DNA from: Eledone cirrhosa
Lineage: Eukaryota
Assembly: GCA_964016885.1 (NCBI GenBank)
Contig: OZ024743.1
Location: forward strand, 245,954,001 to 246,018,000
Direction of reading: 5' to 3'
DNA: 64,000 nucleotides
The notes under the pieces were generated by a model that was given only the letters and a program-made list of their open reading frames with translations, did not search any database and was not told the DNA's origin. Made by a program: the position numbers and the translations under genes. How positions within the stretch are numbered: the first letter of the stretch is position 1; the number at the start of each line of letters is the position of its first letter. Shown here in pieces: positions 50,706 to 64,000 of this stretch.

Positions 50706-51385
50706 ATTTTTTTTTTTTCAGAGAACATATATTTGTTCTTACTTGAGGAATAGACATGTTCTTGTCTGTATGTAATATGAGTGTCAATAGATATACAAAT
50801 TCACATATGTTTATATATGTTTTTACATACATTTATTCATTTAAAGATATACATATACACTTACATATGAATTTACACATCTATCCACACACACACACAC
50901 ACACATGTGTGTATGTTTATATGAATGTTTGTATGTCTGTTCATATGTGTGTGTGTGTCTTCATTATTCTTAAATTTCAGATTATTTTTTCTGCTCTTCC
51001 CTATGGTTTCAAAAATCTTCGATTATTCTCAGTTAAGATTTGGTCTTGGATACTACTTTAACTATTAGAAGTTGTAAAACCTGCATCTGCCTAATCATTA
51101 CTATGATCCTTCTGGTCTTATACCTTAGAGCCCTCATTTTCCCTTCATTCATTAAACATATTGGTTTGGGATTTTTTTTTTTTTAATTCCATAATATTTG
51201 TCAATTACGTTATACACATAGATGAATTGTTTGGTTGCTGTCTTATAATCTTTGATGCCAACTATGGTGTATAGAGTCAATATCTAGATTTTTCTTTGAA
51301 GATTCTGGAATGTTCCAAAGCTTTACAACCTTCTCCTGCCCTCTTTGACAGCTCTTGGAATTTTATTTCTATTTTCCTCTTCCAG

Positions 51386-51420
51386 TTTTACGAGGCAAAA
51401 AGATTACTCTACCAGCATGA
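51386..51420 (+). CDS. KDELR: KDEL receptor exon 4 (35 nt incl. stop)
   Basis: Pyrimidine tract + CCAG; (V)LRGKKITLPA*; total CDS 639 nt = 212 aa. Confidence 0.95.
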
Positions 51421-52577
51421 GTGAAGAGGCTACAAGTTTGCCTGAGGCATGAGAAGGCTGCAAGTGTGCTGCTACTACTACTACTTCTACTACTACTACT
51501 ACTCTGATGGGTTGGAAGAAGTTGTTTGTTACTGGTATCTATGGCTGGCTTTCACATAAAAACACTGTGGTAATTCATCCTTCTCTTCCTCATTAATATC
51601 TTCACTTACCAATCAGTGAAAAACTTCATTAAAGCTTTTAATAACAACAATTCCCCTCTCTGGTTATATCTCCACAAAACCCTCATCTCTTTATTTTAGG
51701 TTTACTTTGCTCAACATTTTACCTTCTTCAGTTGTTTAGTAACATTGTATCAATGTCCTTTTATCTAAATCAATGATAGAACCACATAACAACACCTTCT
51801 TTCACTTGATTTCTTTATTTTTCTAATCTCTCTCTTTGGTATGATTCCTCCAGCACTATAACTTTCTTAAACCACAACATTGTTGGAATATTTCAAGATA
51901 TATTCTTAGAGATTGTGGTTGTAAACAAAATGATACGGAAGTAGATGACAGCACCAAGTCATCCTGTATACTGACTGACATGAATTATCACATTTTCTTG
52001 ATAACTCTCAGCTATTATATTCTTTGATTTCTTTCTTATCCCTCTTGCTTTTGTTTTCTTCTTTTTTTCCCCTTTTCCTTTCTATTTTCTCTTCCAAAGC
52101 TTCAATATGTTCTATAAACTGTTCTTTCAATCTTGTGGACTGTTGTTTTAAGTTAAACTCCACACATGAATCATTAAACATTTTTTACATACCCACATAC
52201 AAACACATATACACACACACACATGCACAGACACATACACATATATATAGTTTGAAAGTCACTATATATCCTGGCACTTTATTTCCAACTAAATTAGTCA
52301 TATGTTCATAGAAATTCACTGGAACTTTGCTGGAAGAGTGAGTACACGTACACAGCAAGAGTACTCCTATTTTTCACTTTAAATGACTGTGAAAGAAGAA
52401 CTTCCTGTAAACTGTAACTTTTAACAGTCTCAGCCATTATTGTATGCCTACTGATTTCTGAAAATTTTTCCATGTGAATAAATCATATTTCATTGTAGGA
52501 TGCAGTTTGTCGTTATTTCTCACCAAATCCAAAATTCATTTAAATAAAAACATTGTTTTTTTTTTCATTTAGTATTT

Positions 52578-52628
<51 letters not shown>

Positions 52629-55323
52629 TAAATATTTTGTGTATTTTATTATTATTATTATTATGTTCTGCAGCATCCCAGAATGTTGTGTGTTTAAAAA
52701 ATGTGAACTCTAAATCTATTTTGTAATGAATTTGAGATGGCAAATTTACTGAAAATGCTAAATAAACTTACTTGAATCAGCTTTTTCTGTCCCATAGCTT
52801 CTTCTAAACTGTTATTCTATCTCAGTCCCTACATTCTACCTTTTCTTAGTAATCTTTTTAGTTCTTTTGTTTTAATATCATAGCTGGTTGTAAGTTTACG
52901 ATGGTCATTAGCTAGTTAACAATTTTATTTAAGTTCTATGGCTGGCTCGTTAAGATATTTCAATTTAAGATTATCTTCTCATTAATAGTTTGTCTTTCAT
53001 ATTTAAAACAAAAATTATTTGTCTAAGTAAATACAACTTGTAAAGCTGGCTGAGAGGTTATGGTACTGGACTATTAAAGTCATAAGTTCAAATCCTACAA
53101 TAACCATTGCCTATTGCTTCTGTTAAACAACCTGTAGTTTTTGGTGTTAGAAACAATACTCAGCACTATAAAAATATATACCAACAATTAATATTGATAT
53201 ATTCACATTGTACAGTCATATAATATATTGGTATATCAACATTTTTCAGTTATGTTAAGATGAGGAAAGGAAGTTGATATAAACCTGTTAGATGTATCTG
53301 GTCCAACATTTGTCATCGGTCTTTTCCAAATTGTTTTCTGTTAAAGTAATATTGTTTTGTTGTTTTAATAAGACCTGTTATGAAAAAGTTCTCACTAAAC
53401 CAATTGTTTCTATGTCCCATTAGCAACCATTATGTATTAAGAAATACTTTGATTTATTATTAATATGGATAGTCCCTGTTTAAAATTGTTTTTGCTTTCC
53501 ACTTCTACAAGACATTTCATAGCTTCAGGTCAACTAGAGCCAGTCATCTTCATTGCAATAAAATAGATAATTACTCTTTGTTTATATAGTCTACCATGCT
53601 GTTGACTTATTTTTCTATAATAAAAATACACTATAAAATAGTTTTTGTAAGTTATTTCTCTTAAAATTTTCTTGCCGAGAGCCAAGAACAATTTTCACTC
53701 AAATTGGGGCCAAATTCTTACAGTTGATATCTAACCTCCAGTATTTCTAAACAAAATATAAAAAGGAGCAAAGGAGCCGGTCATCAGATATTTCCATTGC
53801 TGATACTATCTGCTGCTTGCAGAAATGCAATGGTATATTTGTTTTATCAAATTTTAAATAATTCTTTGAATAAGTTGCTGGTATTATTTAGAAAAATTAC
53901 TCCTTTCTTTATTCTTTATATCTAAATACGATTTTTCTTTTCCCTGTAAAAACAATCTTTAAGCTAAATCTTTAGTACTTCAAATTATTTGCCAAAATTG
54001 ATATAAGTATATTTGAGTCTACTGAAAATAAGTATATTTGTTATATCTTGTTAAATATAACTGGAAAGCATAGTTTGATAATTTTCATATTAAAAATTTC
54101 CTATATTCGATTTCGTTTGTTCCAAATTTTATAATTATTAGTCATTCAGGTCTTAGTTTTAAAAACACACTTCTACTCTCACACACACGGACACACATTG
54201 AAAATGGTTAATGAACCATGGAGAAAGAACAAACATCTTTAATTTTTTTTTTAACATGGTGAAATATAAATCTATTTTACAAGTGGTGACTTATCTGGCT
54301 TTTTTTTTTTTTTTTTTTTCTGAGTTCAGCATTTCTTCGACATTTGAAGTTACAAGCATTGAAGCTTGTTATATCTAAGCATTCTACTCTAACTGATGTA
54401 CAGTGTTTGTTGTACAACAAGCATTTTGGGTTATTATACCTAATCAAGCAAGGGTTAGCTTTGTGGGCAATGTTTTACAACTGGATGCCCTTCCTGATGC
54501 CAACCTTTTTTAATTTCCATCTAACAGCATGCAGTGTTCATATTCTAAACCAAATACACACATAATTGATCTACCATATTTATCATATGTTATAAGTAAC
54601 TTACACATAATCTACAATATGATTAACATATCAGATCAAAATTATAGATTTATAATTCCTGGTTTAACATCTAAGACAACATTCAATTAGGCTGATTGGT
54701 GGTTTAAATTCCATGATAGAGTTAACAAGAGGATGAACAAATGCTTCACGATGTATTCATCAATTTTTGTTCATTACCAAGTGCCTTTTGCTTTCTTCCT
54801 ATGTGGGGTTTAATTAAAATGAGGCCAAATCGATGGTAGATCTTTAAAATGGTATATTATCAGTAATCAAATACAACTTATGTTATAGAATGAAAAAATA
54901 AAATAAAGAGAAATGAACTATGTTAGTTTGCTGTGAAGAATGGAAATATGTAATATTTTAGACAGGCTTATTTTGAATCATTACAAATTGTCCTGTAATT
55001 TAGAATTGCGCAATATTTACATGTATCAGTATCTTTCCTGTAGTTACGATTGATTTTGATTTGGTTCATTTAAAAAATGTTGCAGTAAAGCTTAGTTACA
55101 ATATATATATATAATATACATAAATATATGTCAGTGTGTGCGTGTGGTGTCAGGAATAGCATTTGACTGTAGAAAACCAGGTAGAAAAGATCTTGTCCAA
55201 TCCATACAAGCATAAAGAAATGGGTGTGAAAATGATATCGATCTTCATATAGTACATACATATTTTTTGCTACTCATACTCAGGTTTCATGCCAATCATT
55301 ATATACATATATGTGTATATACA

Positions 55324-55356
<33 letters not shown>

Positions 55357-57229
55357 GAGCAAGACATGGTCACCTGACCTGGCATTGCCCACATGACAAC
55401 TCATCTAACCCATGCTAGCGTGGAAAAATGGACGTAAAAATGGTGATGATGATGATGATTATATATATATATATATATATCAGTTTTTACCAAAATTATT
55501 CTTCAGATCATTAGTTAGGATTTCCATGGCAGAAATAAATTGGTGGTTCATATGTTTATTTTACAAGCTTTGATGCATGTAAATACAGGTGTTGAATATT
55601 TGTTCTGCTTCTCCTTATATTAGTCAGTCATGAACAAAACCAGTTTGTTTATTGAGGAGTTAATTTATATTTCACCACTATTTGGGATGCTGACTATGCA
55701 AATGTCATTTTTATTTCTAGTTTGTGCAAAGTTATATATAAATTGGACACATTTGATTTGTCCATGTAAGAAAAAAAGTTGAAAAAAAAATTAAAAACAG
55801 AAAAGGAAGCGTTATCAAGCAGTTATTTTATATATATTTAATTTTTTTTTTTTTTTCATTTTCATTTCTTAATCTGTGTCAGTGAACCAGCATTAGCCAT
55901 GTTGTACATGAAATATGCAGAATCATTCACTCTGGTTTTTTGGAAATAAAATACTTTCATGAAAAAAATAAATTCCAATTTTGCTGGGTTTTTTTTTCTT
56001 TTCCATTTTTTTGTTTTGTCTTTGTTTATAATATTTTTATTTTCCTTAAAGATGATTGAAGGTGCTCAGCCTAGTGGGCTCTGATGGTGATCTCAATGAT
56101 AATGTCATGAGTTTGATCCCTGAACTAACCATTGCTTTGTGTCTTTGAACAAGGCACTTGATTTCATGTTGCTCCAGTTCACTGAAAATAGATACCAGCA
56201 ACAGCAGCTGGAAGTTAACCCTTGTGATGGATTGGCATTCTCTCCAAAGTCAGTCTTGTAATGTGTTGTTTGACACCACATGAAACCAGAATTAGTAACC
56301 ACCTCTGTGCTGAAGCCAGACCTTATTTATTTTATTATTATTAAAAAAAGATTAAATTTTTTATATTTTCTAATTATCTCTTAACATTCTGTAATGATTT
56401 AACAACAAATGAAGATATCTAAAAAAACAGGTTTATTAATTCAAATGTTTATAGTATCTTTACTAGTTGACAGACATACTGTATAAAAAAAATGTTTTAA
56501 TATGATGCACTCATAGTGCTAATGTGGTGCAGGATGTTAAAGGTTAAAAGTTGTGACAGTAAATAATAGATAATTCCGGTTCATAATTTTGAAAATCTTG
56601 CTAGTAAATTAACACACACACATATATGACAAGTTTTTTTTATTTTATACAGTTTCCACACAACAAATTCACTCACAAAGCATTGGTTGTCCCATGTCTA
56701 TAGAAGATGCTCAGTGTGCCACACAGTAGGATGAAACCCAAATTCACGTTGCTTCAAAGCAAACTTCTTAATCACGCAGCCATGCCAGTGCCTGGTGTCA
56801 TAATCAGTACTCATGACCTTTGCATGCAACTGATTTACATATAGTTAGAAATAGCTGCCCAATTTCTCTCAAATCACTAAATACCACCTTTAACTCTTTT
56901 GTTACCAGATTTCTAATATTTTAATTAATTAATTTAGGAAGAATTTACTAAAATTATATTTTCATTAATATGGTATTTACAACATAAACTGTTCTTATAT
57001 TAAATTATGTTGGGCTGTTTTAATTTAAGTAGGAACCCTTTAAATTGGGTGGTTTTGTTTCATAGAAACAGAGATTGGCAAAAGTTGGTATCAAAATAGT
57101 TGAAAATGGACACTGCTAAATATGAAATTCTAGATGTAATGTTTGAAAAATAAGATATAGTCACAGCTGAAACCCCTTTTATTGTAGGTCTACTGGATTA
57201 GAGCTTACCTAAACATCAACAACAACCTA

Positions 57230-58347
57230 TTGTGGGGTTGCCTTTGTCAGAGACAAAGATATGAATTACTTGTGGTGTAGGTAGGAACTCCATTCTCTGC
57301 CCCAAATGCAAACAATGGGTACACGAGATGTAGCGGGATCTCGGGAAGCTTAATTAAGAATGTAGGCTTCACATGCAGCAGCTGTGCTGGGACAGCAAGC
57401 AGCAAACAGCCACAGGAAACAAGTACCACCAATCTCTGGGAGGGCTCTGTAGAAACAGTAGACAGCTTCTGCTACCTAGGTGACCGAATTAGCAGCGGAG
57501 GTGGGTGTTCAGAAAGTACAATAACTAGGGTAAGAACGGGATGGAAGAAGTTTAGGGAACTACTACCACTGCTAGCTGCAAAAGGCTTCTCCCTCAAAAT
57601 GAAAGGCAGACTGTATGATGCGTGTATCCGAACAGCGATGTTGCATGATAGTGAGACCTGGGCGCTGAAGGTGGAAGACTTACGTAGATTAGAGAGAAAC
57701 AAAGCCTGCATGCTCCGATGGATGTGTAACAGTAATATACGCGAACGACAAAGCATAAATGAATTGAGAGAGAGACTGAGCGTAAGAGGAATCAAATGCT
57801 GTGTGCAGGAGAGGCGATTGCGCTGGTATGGACATGTGATGCGTATGAAGGATGACAGCTGCATAAAAAGGTGCAGAGCACTAGAAGTCGATGGAAACCG
57901 CGGAGTGGGGAGACCCAAGATTTCCTGGGATGAGGTGATAAAAGCCGACCTTATCCAATTACACCTCTCAAAGGCGATGACACACGACCGTGACCTCTGG
58001 TGTCACGCAGTAATACAGAGTACCCGACTCCCATGGGTACAAGCTGAAGCATATAGACAATATGCCCCCACGCCCCCCCACCGCAAGGTGGTCGTGGAGG
58101 TGCCACAGCAAAAAAGCACCCAGCCCACACTGTAAAGTGGATGTGTAGGCACCACGAAAAAGCACCCAGCACTCACTGTAAATGAGGTTGGTGTTAGGAA
58201 GGGCATCCAGCTGTAGAAATCAAGCCAAATCAGTTCCTGTATGAGCAAGGCATGGTCAGCCGACCAGACACTGCCCACAACAGGACAACCCGTCTAACCC
58301 ATGCTAGCGTGGAAGAACGGACGTAAAACGGTGATGATGATGATGAT
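57230..58347 (+). mobile_element. RTE-clade LINE 3' fragment (PHD-bearing family); older fragment at ~59945-60400
   Basis: MKGRLYDACIRTAMLH..ERRLRWYGHVMRM..GRPKISWDEVI; (GAT)n tail. Confidence 0.88.
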
Positions 58348-61300
58348 ACACATTTCAACAATTTATACTATAAGTCAGTAAGGAAGCTTCTAAGCAGCTG
58401 CTTGATATGCTAGAAATAGCAGCCAAATTTAACTCCAAATCAAATTATCTAGTGTTAAAAGACTAAAGAATGTATTTTTTAAATGTCTAACAACTGCTGA
58501 GTCATACTATATCTTTGATCTCACCTCTATGCAGTCACTCGACCAACTAGAAATAGCTAAATCTCCCTCTAAATTATACTCAAAATCATGTCTCAAAAAT
58601 CAAATCAAAACAAAACATTGAATAATGTAGTCCTAGATCTACTATATTTGATTAAAAAGGGTGGTCATGACTGAAACACTTGCCATAGATTTTGATCATG
58701 TCTGACCTAGAGCTAAAAACTACAATATATTACAAGATTATATACAATGTACATCACATGGCTTGAATTATTTTAGTACTTACAATTGTGATGACCATTC
58801 ACAGTGACCATATGTATGGGGTGGTCATGACCGGAAACCCCCTTACCATTGGTCAGCTCAATCATGTTTGATCTGGGGCTAAAAAATAACATACCATTGA
58901 TCAGTTCAATCATGTTTGATCTGGGGCTAAAAAATAACATACCATAACATTACATTCTATCTACTTAACCCTTTTGATACTAAACTGCTCCTTGTCCTAC
59001 AATACAAAGCCTTTTGTTTCAAAGTATTTGTATTCAAATGTAACCTGTCATAAATTTTGGGGGAGAAAATTTTATTATGTTCCAAACACCAGCTTAAAAA
59101 TGCATAAGTTAGTAATTTTACTAACAGTGTTTTTCGTCTGAAAAATTGTTAGCGACGCACAATTCAGGACTTAATATCTTCACAATGATATTCTTAATGA
59201 AATACACTCTATTTCACTTAATTGATAAAGAATTTTGAGGGAGTTACTAAAATCCTCAATTATTTCATTAAGATAGTAACATAACATATGCTTCTTCTAT
59301 AAAATTATGTTGGACAATTTTAATTTAAATAAGAATCCTTTCAAATAGGTGGTTTTGTTTTATAAGATCAAAACCAGTTTTGACTGGGTTATTAACAAAT
59401 GGTTAAAATGTTGACAATGAAATTCTTTGAACAAACTGGAGGCAGGGGGCAACAAATTTCTTTCATAAAAAGGAGCTCTCACTATTTAAAAAAGTTTGGG
59501 AATGCCTGGTCTACAGTCAAAACTCCAAATCTTGCAGCAATAAAATTGTATTGAGGAAGCAGGCTTTTTGACTACAATCTAGGTGTGTGTTGTCAATCTT
59601 CTGTCCTCACAGAATATCTCTCTATCTATCTATCTAATGTTTTATAAAAAGAATGATACATTGGATAATATGCTTTAGATATACTATGTCTAAAAAAAAG
59701 ATGTGATGGTCATTGCTGGAAAGGCTTTGATCATAGGTCTGCTCAATCAGGTTGTTCTTGGGACTGAAGCACAAAAGCCAGAGATATTATAACTTCAGTA
59801 AGTAAAGTGACTTAGAAATGTTTCCCAGTATTCAATACAATACAAATCTACTGCAGCAAACACTGGTAGATAAAAAAAAAAATGTTATTAAACAGAATGT
59901 TAATGGAATAATTGTTGATGTATGAAGTTTATACATTTTCTGAAAAAAGAATGAGATTTGACGTTACATGATGTAAGTTGCTTCCCTTGAATTCATAAAA
60001 CTGTATGAAGCTTGTGTATGAACGACAATGTTGCATGGAAGTGAGACCTAGACAATATGTACAGAGGATCTACGAAGATTGGAAAGAAATCAAACTTACA
60101 TGCTCTGATGGATGTGTAATAGCAATGAACATGAACAACAAAGCATCAATGAACTAAGAGAGATCAGATGAGGAGATTGCAGTGGTTTGGACATGTCATG
60201 CATATGGAGGATGACACTTGTATAAAAAGGTGCACGACATTCAAAGTCAATGGTAACTATGGAAACGAAAAACCTAGGACAGTTTGGGATCAAGCTGACC
60301 TTACCCAATTAACCCTCACAAAGGAGATGACACAGGATCAAGATCTCTGGAGTCATACTGTACTGCAGAAGACTCACATTCTTCTCATGTGCTCAAAATG
60401 AAATGAAACAAACATGTAGAGGACACACTAGGCTGCACCAATCTTCTCTTCACCCCTTTCCATTCACCCAACCCAGTCTTAATATACCGTCCTTACCTCG
60501 GCGATGTCGAACTTGCTTACATGTCCCCCACTTCAAATCCTTACCCCTGATATACCTTGCCTGCCCAGCCCACACATACAAGCATGAAACCTGAACATGC
60601 TCAACATCTGATCTTCAACAAATCCATTGCCATGACATAAACACTAAATCTACTATGTATGCTGATTTAGTTCCACAACAACAAAAGCACTCAGTCTGTC
60701 CTGTAAGGTGGTTGTATTGGTGACACAAGAAAAATTACCCAGCCCACACTGTAAGGTGGTCGTGCTAGTGAGATAACAAAAAACACCCAGTCCACCCAGT
60801 AGTGTGGCCATTTTAGGTGCCACGATAAAAAGCACCCAGTCCACATTGTAACATAGTTGATGTTAAGAAGGGCATCCAGCCATAGAAACCAAGCCAGAAT
60901 ACAGATCCATATGAGCCTGTTGGTTTCCAGACCAACTTGTCTTGTAATGTGTCAACCTGTCTAACCCATGCAAGCATAGAAAAATGGACTTTAAATTCTG
61001 ATTCTGATGATGATGTATGTTTGTGTGTCATTGCATAAATATAGAAATGTATATAGTTACACACTCACATATATGTATGTATGTTTATATGCATGTATCT
61101 ATGTATGAATATATGTGTGTGTATATATATATATGTGTATATATATATATGTCTCACCCTTGCAAGCAGGGAAATGCGGACGTAAAATGATGATGATGAT
61201 GATGATGATGATATATATGTATGTATATATAAAATGGTGTATTTTACAAACTAGAAGTCTTTTTTGATAGGAGGGTGATTATATGATGGTGCCTTATTGT

Positions 61301-61390
61301 AGTGGATAAAAGACCAAAATAAAGTTAGTGAGATAGAAGTATTCATATGTTATTGTTGAAAAAACAGTAAAAAGCTGAGTGATGGAGGAA

Positions 61391-62930
61391 ATCATCATCA
61401 TCATCATCATCAGGTTTAGCGTCCGTGTTCCACGCTTGCATGGGTTTGGACGGGGGTTTTCCCACTTGAGGCAAGAGCGGTTGTCTTGCTCGCATAGGAC
61501 TGTCTGGCGGGTTTTCTACAGCTGGATGCCCTTCCTAACACCAACCACATTTACAGTGTGGGGCTGGGAGGTTTTTACCGTGTTGCCTACACGGCCACAT
61601 TACAGCGTGGACTGTCTGGCGGGTTTTCTACAGCTGGATGCCCTTCCTAACACCAACCACATTTACAGTGTGGGGCTGGGAGGTTTTTACCGTGTTGCCT
61701 ACACGGCCATATTTACAGCGTGGACTGTGTGTTTTTTTGTCGTGACACCTACACAATCTCATTTGTTTCGGCCTGGATGTTGTGGGACCAACATAACTTT
61801 ACATTGAAAGGGGCGGTGTGGATGGGGTGGAGGTGGTGGGACGGGGGGTGATGCCTACTGACTGTAGTAGGTTTTTACTTTGTATTTAGGTAAGGCGGGT
61901 CTTCTCTATTACTGAGTACCGCCAAAGGTCTCGGTCCAGTGACATTGTCTTGGAGAGGTGTAAGCGTGTGAGGTCGGAATTTATCAGCTCGTCCCAGGTT
62001 TTTCTGGGTCTGCCTACTCCGTGGCTACCGTCTATCTTTATTGCCCTGCACTTTGTTATACAGCTGTCGTCTTTCATGCGCATCACGTGACCGTACCAAC
62101 GTAGCCTTCTCTCGAGTAAACAACATCTGATCACTCTTATTTCTAATTTTTTCCTTAGTTCGTTTATGCTTAGCCGTTCACGTATATTACTATTGCACAT
62201 CCAGCGGAGCATGCAAGCTTCGTTCCTCTCTAGTCTGCGTATATCCTCTGCACACAATGCCCAGGTCTCACTGCCATGCAGCATTGCTGTTCGTATGCAG
62301 GCATCGTATAACCTGCCTTTCATTTTTAGGGAGAACCCTCTAGCGGCTAATAGTGGTATAAGCTCTCTGAACTTTTTCCATCCAGTTCTGACTCTAGCTA
62401 CTGTACTTTCAGAGCACCCTCCCCCACTGCTGATTTTGTCACCCAGGTAACGGAAGCTGTCCACTATTTCTATAGAACCCTCTGCGCAATTGAAAGAGCT
62501 AGTATTTTGTGGGTACTTGCTGCTACTTATTGCACCAGAGCACCGGCCACATGTAAAATCTATGTTCTTAGTTAGCTTACCTGTGATCCCACTACATCTT
62601 TTATGCACCCATACTTTGCATTTGGGACATAAAATGGAGTTTCTACCTACGCCTTTCCTACACACTGAGCATGGCCATTTCCCGGAAGGGACCGCCGCCT
62701 TATTTTCTTTCCTACAAACTAGAACTTTAGTCTTAGCCAGGTTAATTTTAAGGCCTTTTGATTCTAGGCCGTGCTTCCATGTTTGGAATTTCTTCTCTAG
62801 TTCGGTCATTGATTCAGCTATGAGCGTTAGATCATCTGCGTATAGGAGTTCCCATGGGCAGCCGGTCTTGAACTCCTCTGTTATAGCCTGAAGGGCAATA
62901 ATAAATAGTAGGGGGCTAAGGACAGATATG
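61391..62930 (-). mobile_element. 5'-truncated RTE-clade LINE, RT C-terminal half open, with PHD finger
   Basis: LSPLLF..LLYADDL..GLKINLAKTK..C4HC3..FRYLG..RLRWYGHV; ~113-bp duplication in the 3'UTR; (GAT)n tail. Confidence 0.92.
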
Positions 62931-63008
62931 AGTATAATTACAAATGGGAAATGAGTGTCATGAAAATTTGGAAACAGAAGTAAACACACACATACACACA
63001 CATGCGTG

Positions 63009-63052
<44 letters not shown>

Positions 63053-63055
<3 letters not shown>

Positions 63056-64000
63056 ACCTTATCCCCCTCGACTTCCATCTACACTTCCATACTTCCGCCC
63101 CCGCTTCCCCCCCAACCCAACGTATCCTCACCCGATCCTCGCGCCTCCTAATGCGCAACTCCATCCACGCCTCCCGCTCCACCATCCGCAAACTTGACTA
63201 CCAACTGACCCCCACCCTCCTCCGCCTTAACTCCACCTGCCACCCCCTCCTCACCCACGCCATCCTCCTCTTCATCCAAAACCTCAACCACGACCTCTTC
63301 TCCTTCCTCACCCCTACCAAAGCCCGTAAGCTACACTCACTCCTCCCAACCAACCCATCTACCACCACCCCCTATCCCTATGAGCCCCCCACACTCATCC
63401 CCACCATTCTACACCCCTCCCTCTACCCACACCCCTACCGAATCTCCACCCGCCACCTCACCTCTCACCACACCCTCCCTTTCTCCCTCACACACCCAAA
63501 CCCCACCACTTGTTGTCACCATACCCCCTGACCTCCCTCTCTCCGCACCTGAGCGCTCACTCCTTAGTAGAGGCCTTCGCTTCATACCCCACACTCCGCA
63601 CAGCGACGAGTTCCGCACCCGAACGGAAGTCGAGTGATTCGTGCAACGCACGAAGCTACAGGCACATTTCGGTCAAACGCCACCGGCTCCAAACGCCCCA
63701 GACCCGTTTCTCGCCTTGGGCCGACAACCATCTTCTTGGACGCCGGCCCCAGGGCAATTTAGCACCCTGGACGCGTTCGTCGATGCCAGCTGTAGCGCAG
63801 TAAATCGTTTCGACTTCCGCCACCGTTTCAAACGGTATAACATCACACGGGGCGAACTCCTCGCTCTCCGCTCCCTCTGTAGCCGAGATGACATCGTCAT
63901 CAAACCGGCGAACAAGGGAGGCGCCGTGGTGGTGTGGCGCGCGGACCTCTACACGGCCGAAGCCCTCAGGCAGCTCCGTAACCCCTCTTCTACCGCCCTC
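63053..64000 (+). mobile_element. Penelope-like element, N-terminal/RT-proximal part, running off the window
   Basis: VVTIPPDLPLS..LLSRGLRFIP...NITRGELLALRSL..DIVIKPANKGGAVVVW; frameshift and stop present; begins at a (TA)n tract. Confidence 0.88.

Noticed and set aside
51421-51507. Stop-codon read-through adding VKRLQVCLRHEKAASV-poly-Leu
   Set aside because: TGA-G is a poor read-through context, and the Leu run is a (CTA)n microsatellite following a short local duplication.

Overview
AT-rich, (TA)n-rich metazoan genomic DNA; the SINE/LINE repertoire suggests a coleoid cephalopod such as octopus (inference). One intact host gene is visible: a 4-exon KDEL receptor (ERD2/KDELR, + strand, 31257-51420, 212 aa). 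Most of the rest is nested mobile DNA: a full-length but defective CsRn1-clade Gypsy element (tRNA-Trp PBS, CHCC Gag, -1 frameshift) inserted into a CRE-clade LINE relic; CR1, RTE and L1/Tx1 LINE remnants; two Helitron-like elements; MITEs; many tRNA-derived SINEs; and several Penelope-like (PLE) fragments sitting in (TA)n tracts. The most unusual signal is RNA structure. There are seven hammerhead-ribozyme motifs in three variant families. They include a U3-A8 compensatory-core family (two copies in a long fold-back inside KDELR intron 3, one copy split by a CR1 insertion) and one motif within a terminally redundant 524-bp retrozyme-like unit. All folds and alignments were done by eye; ends of old repeats are approximate.
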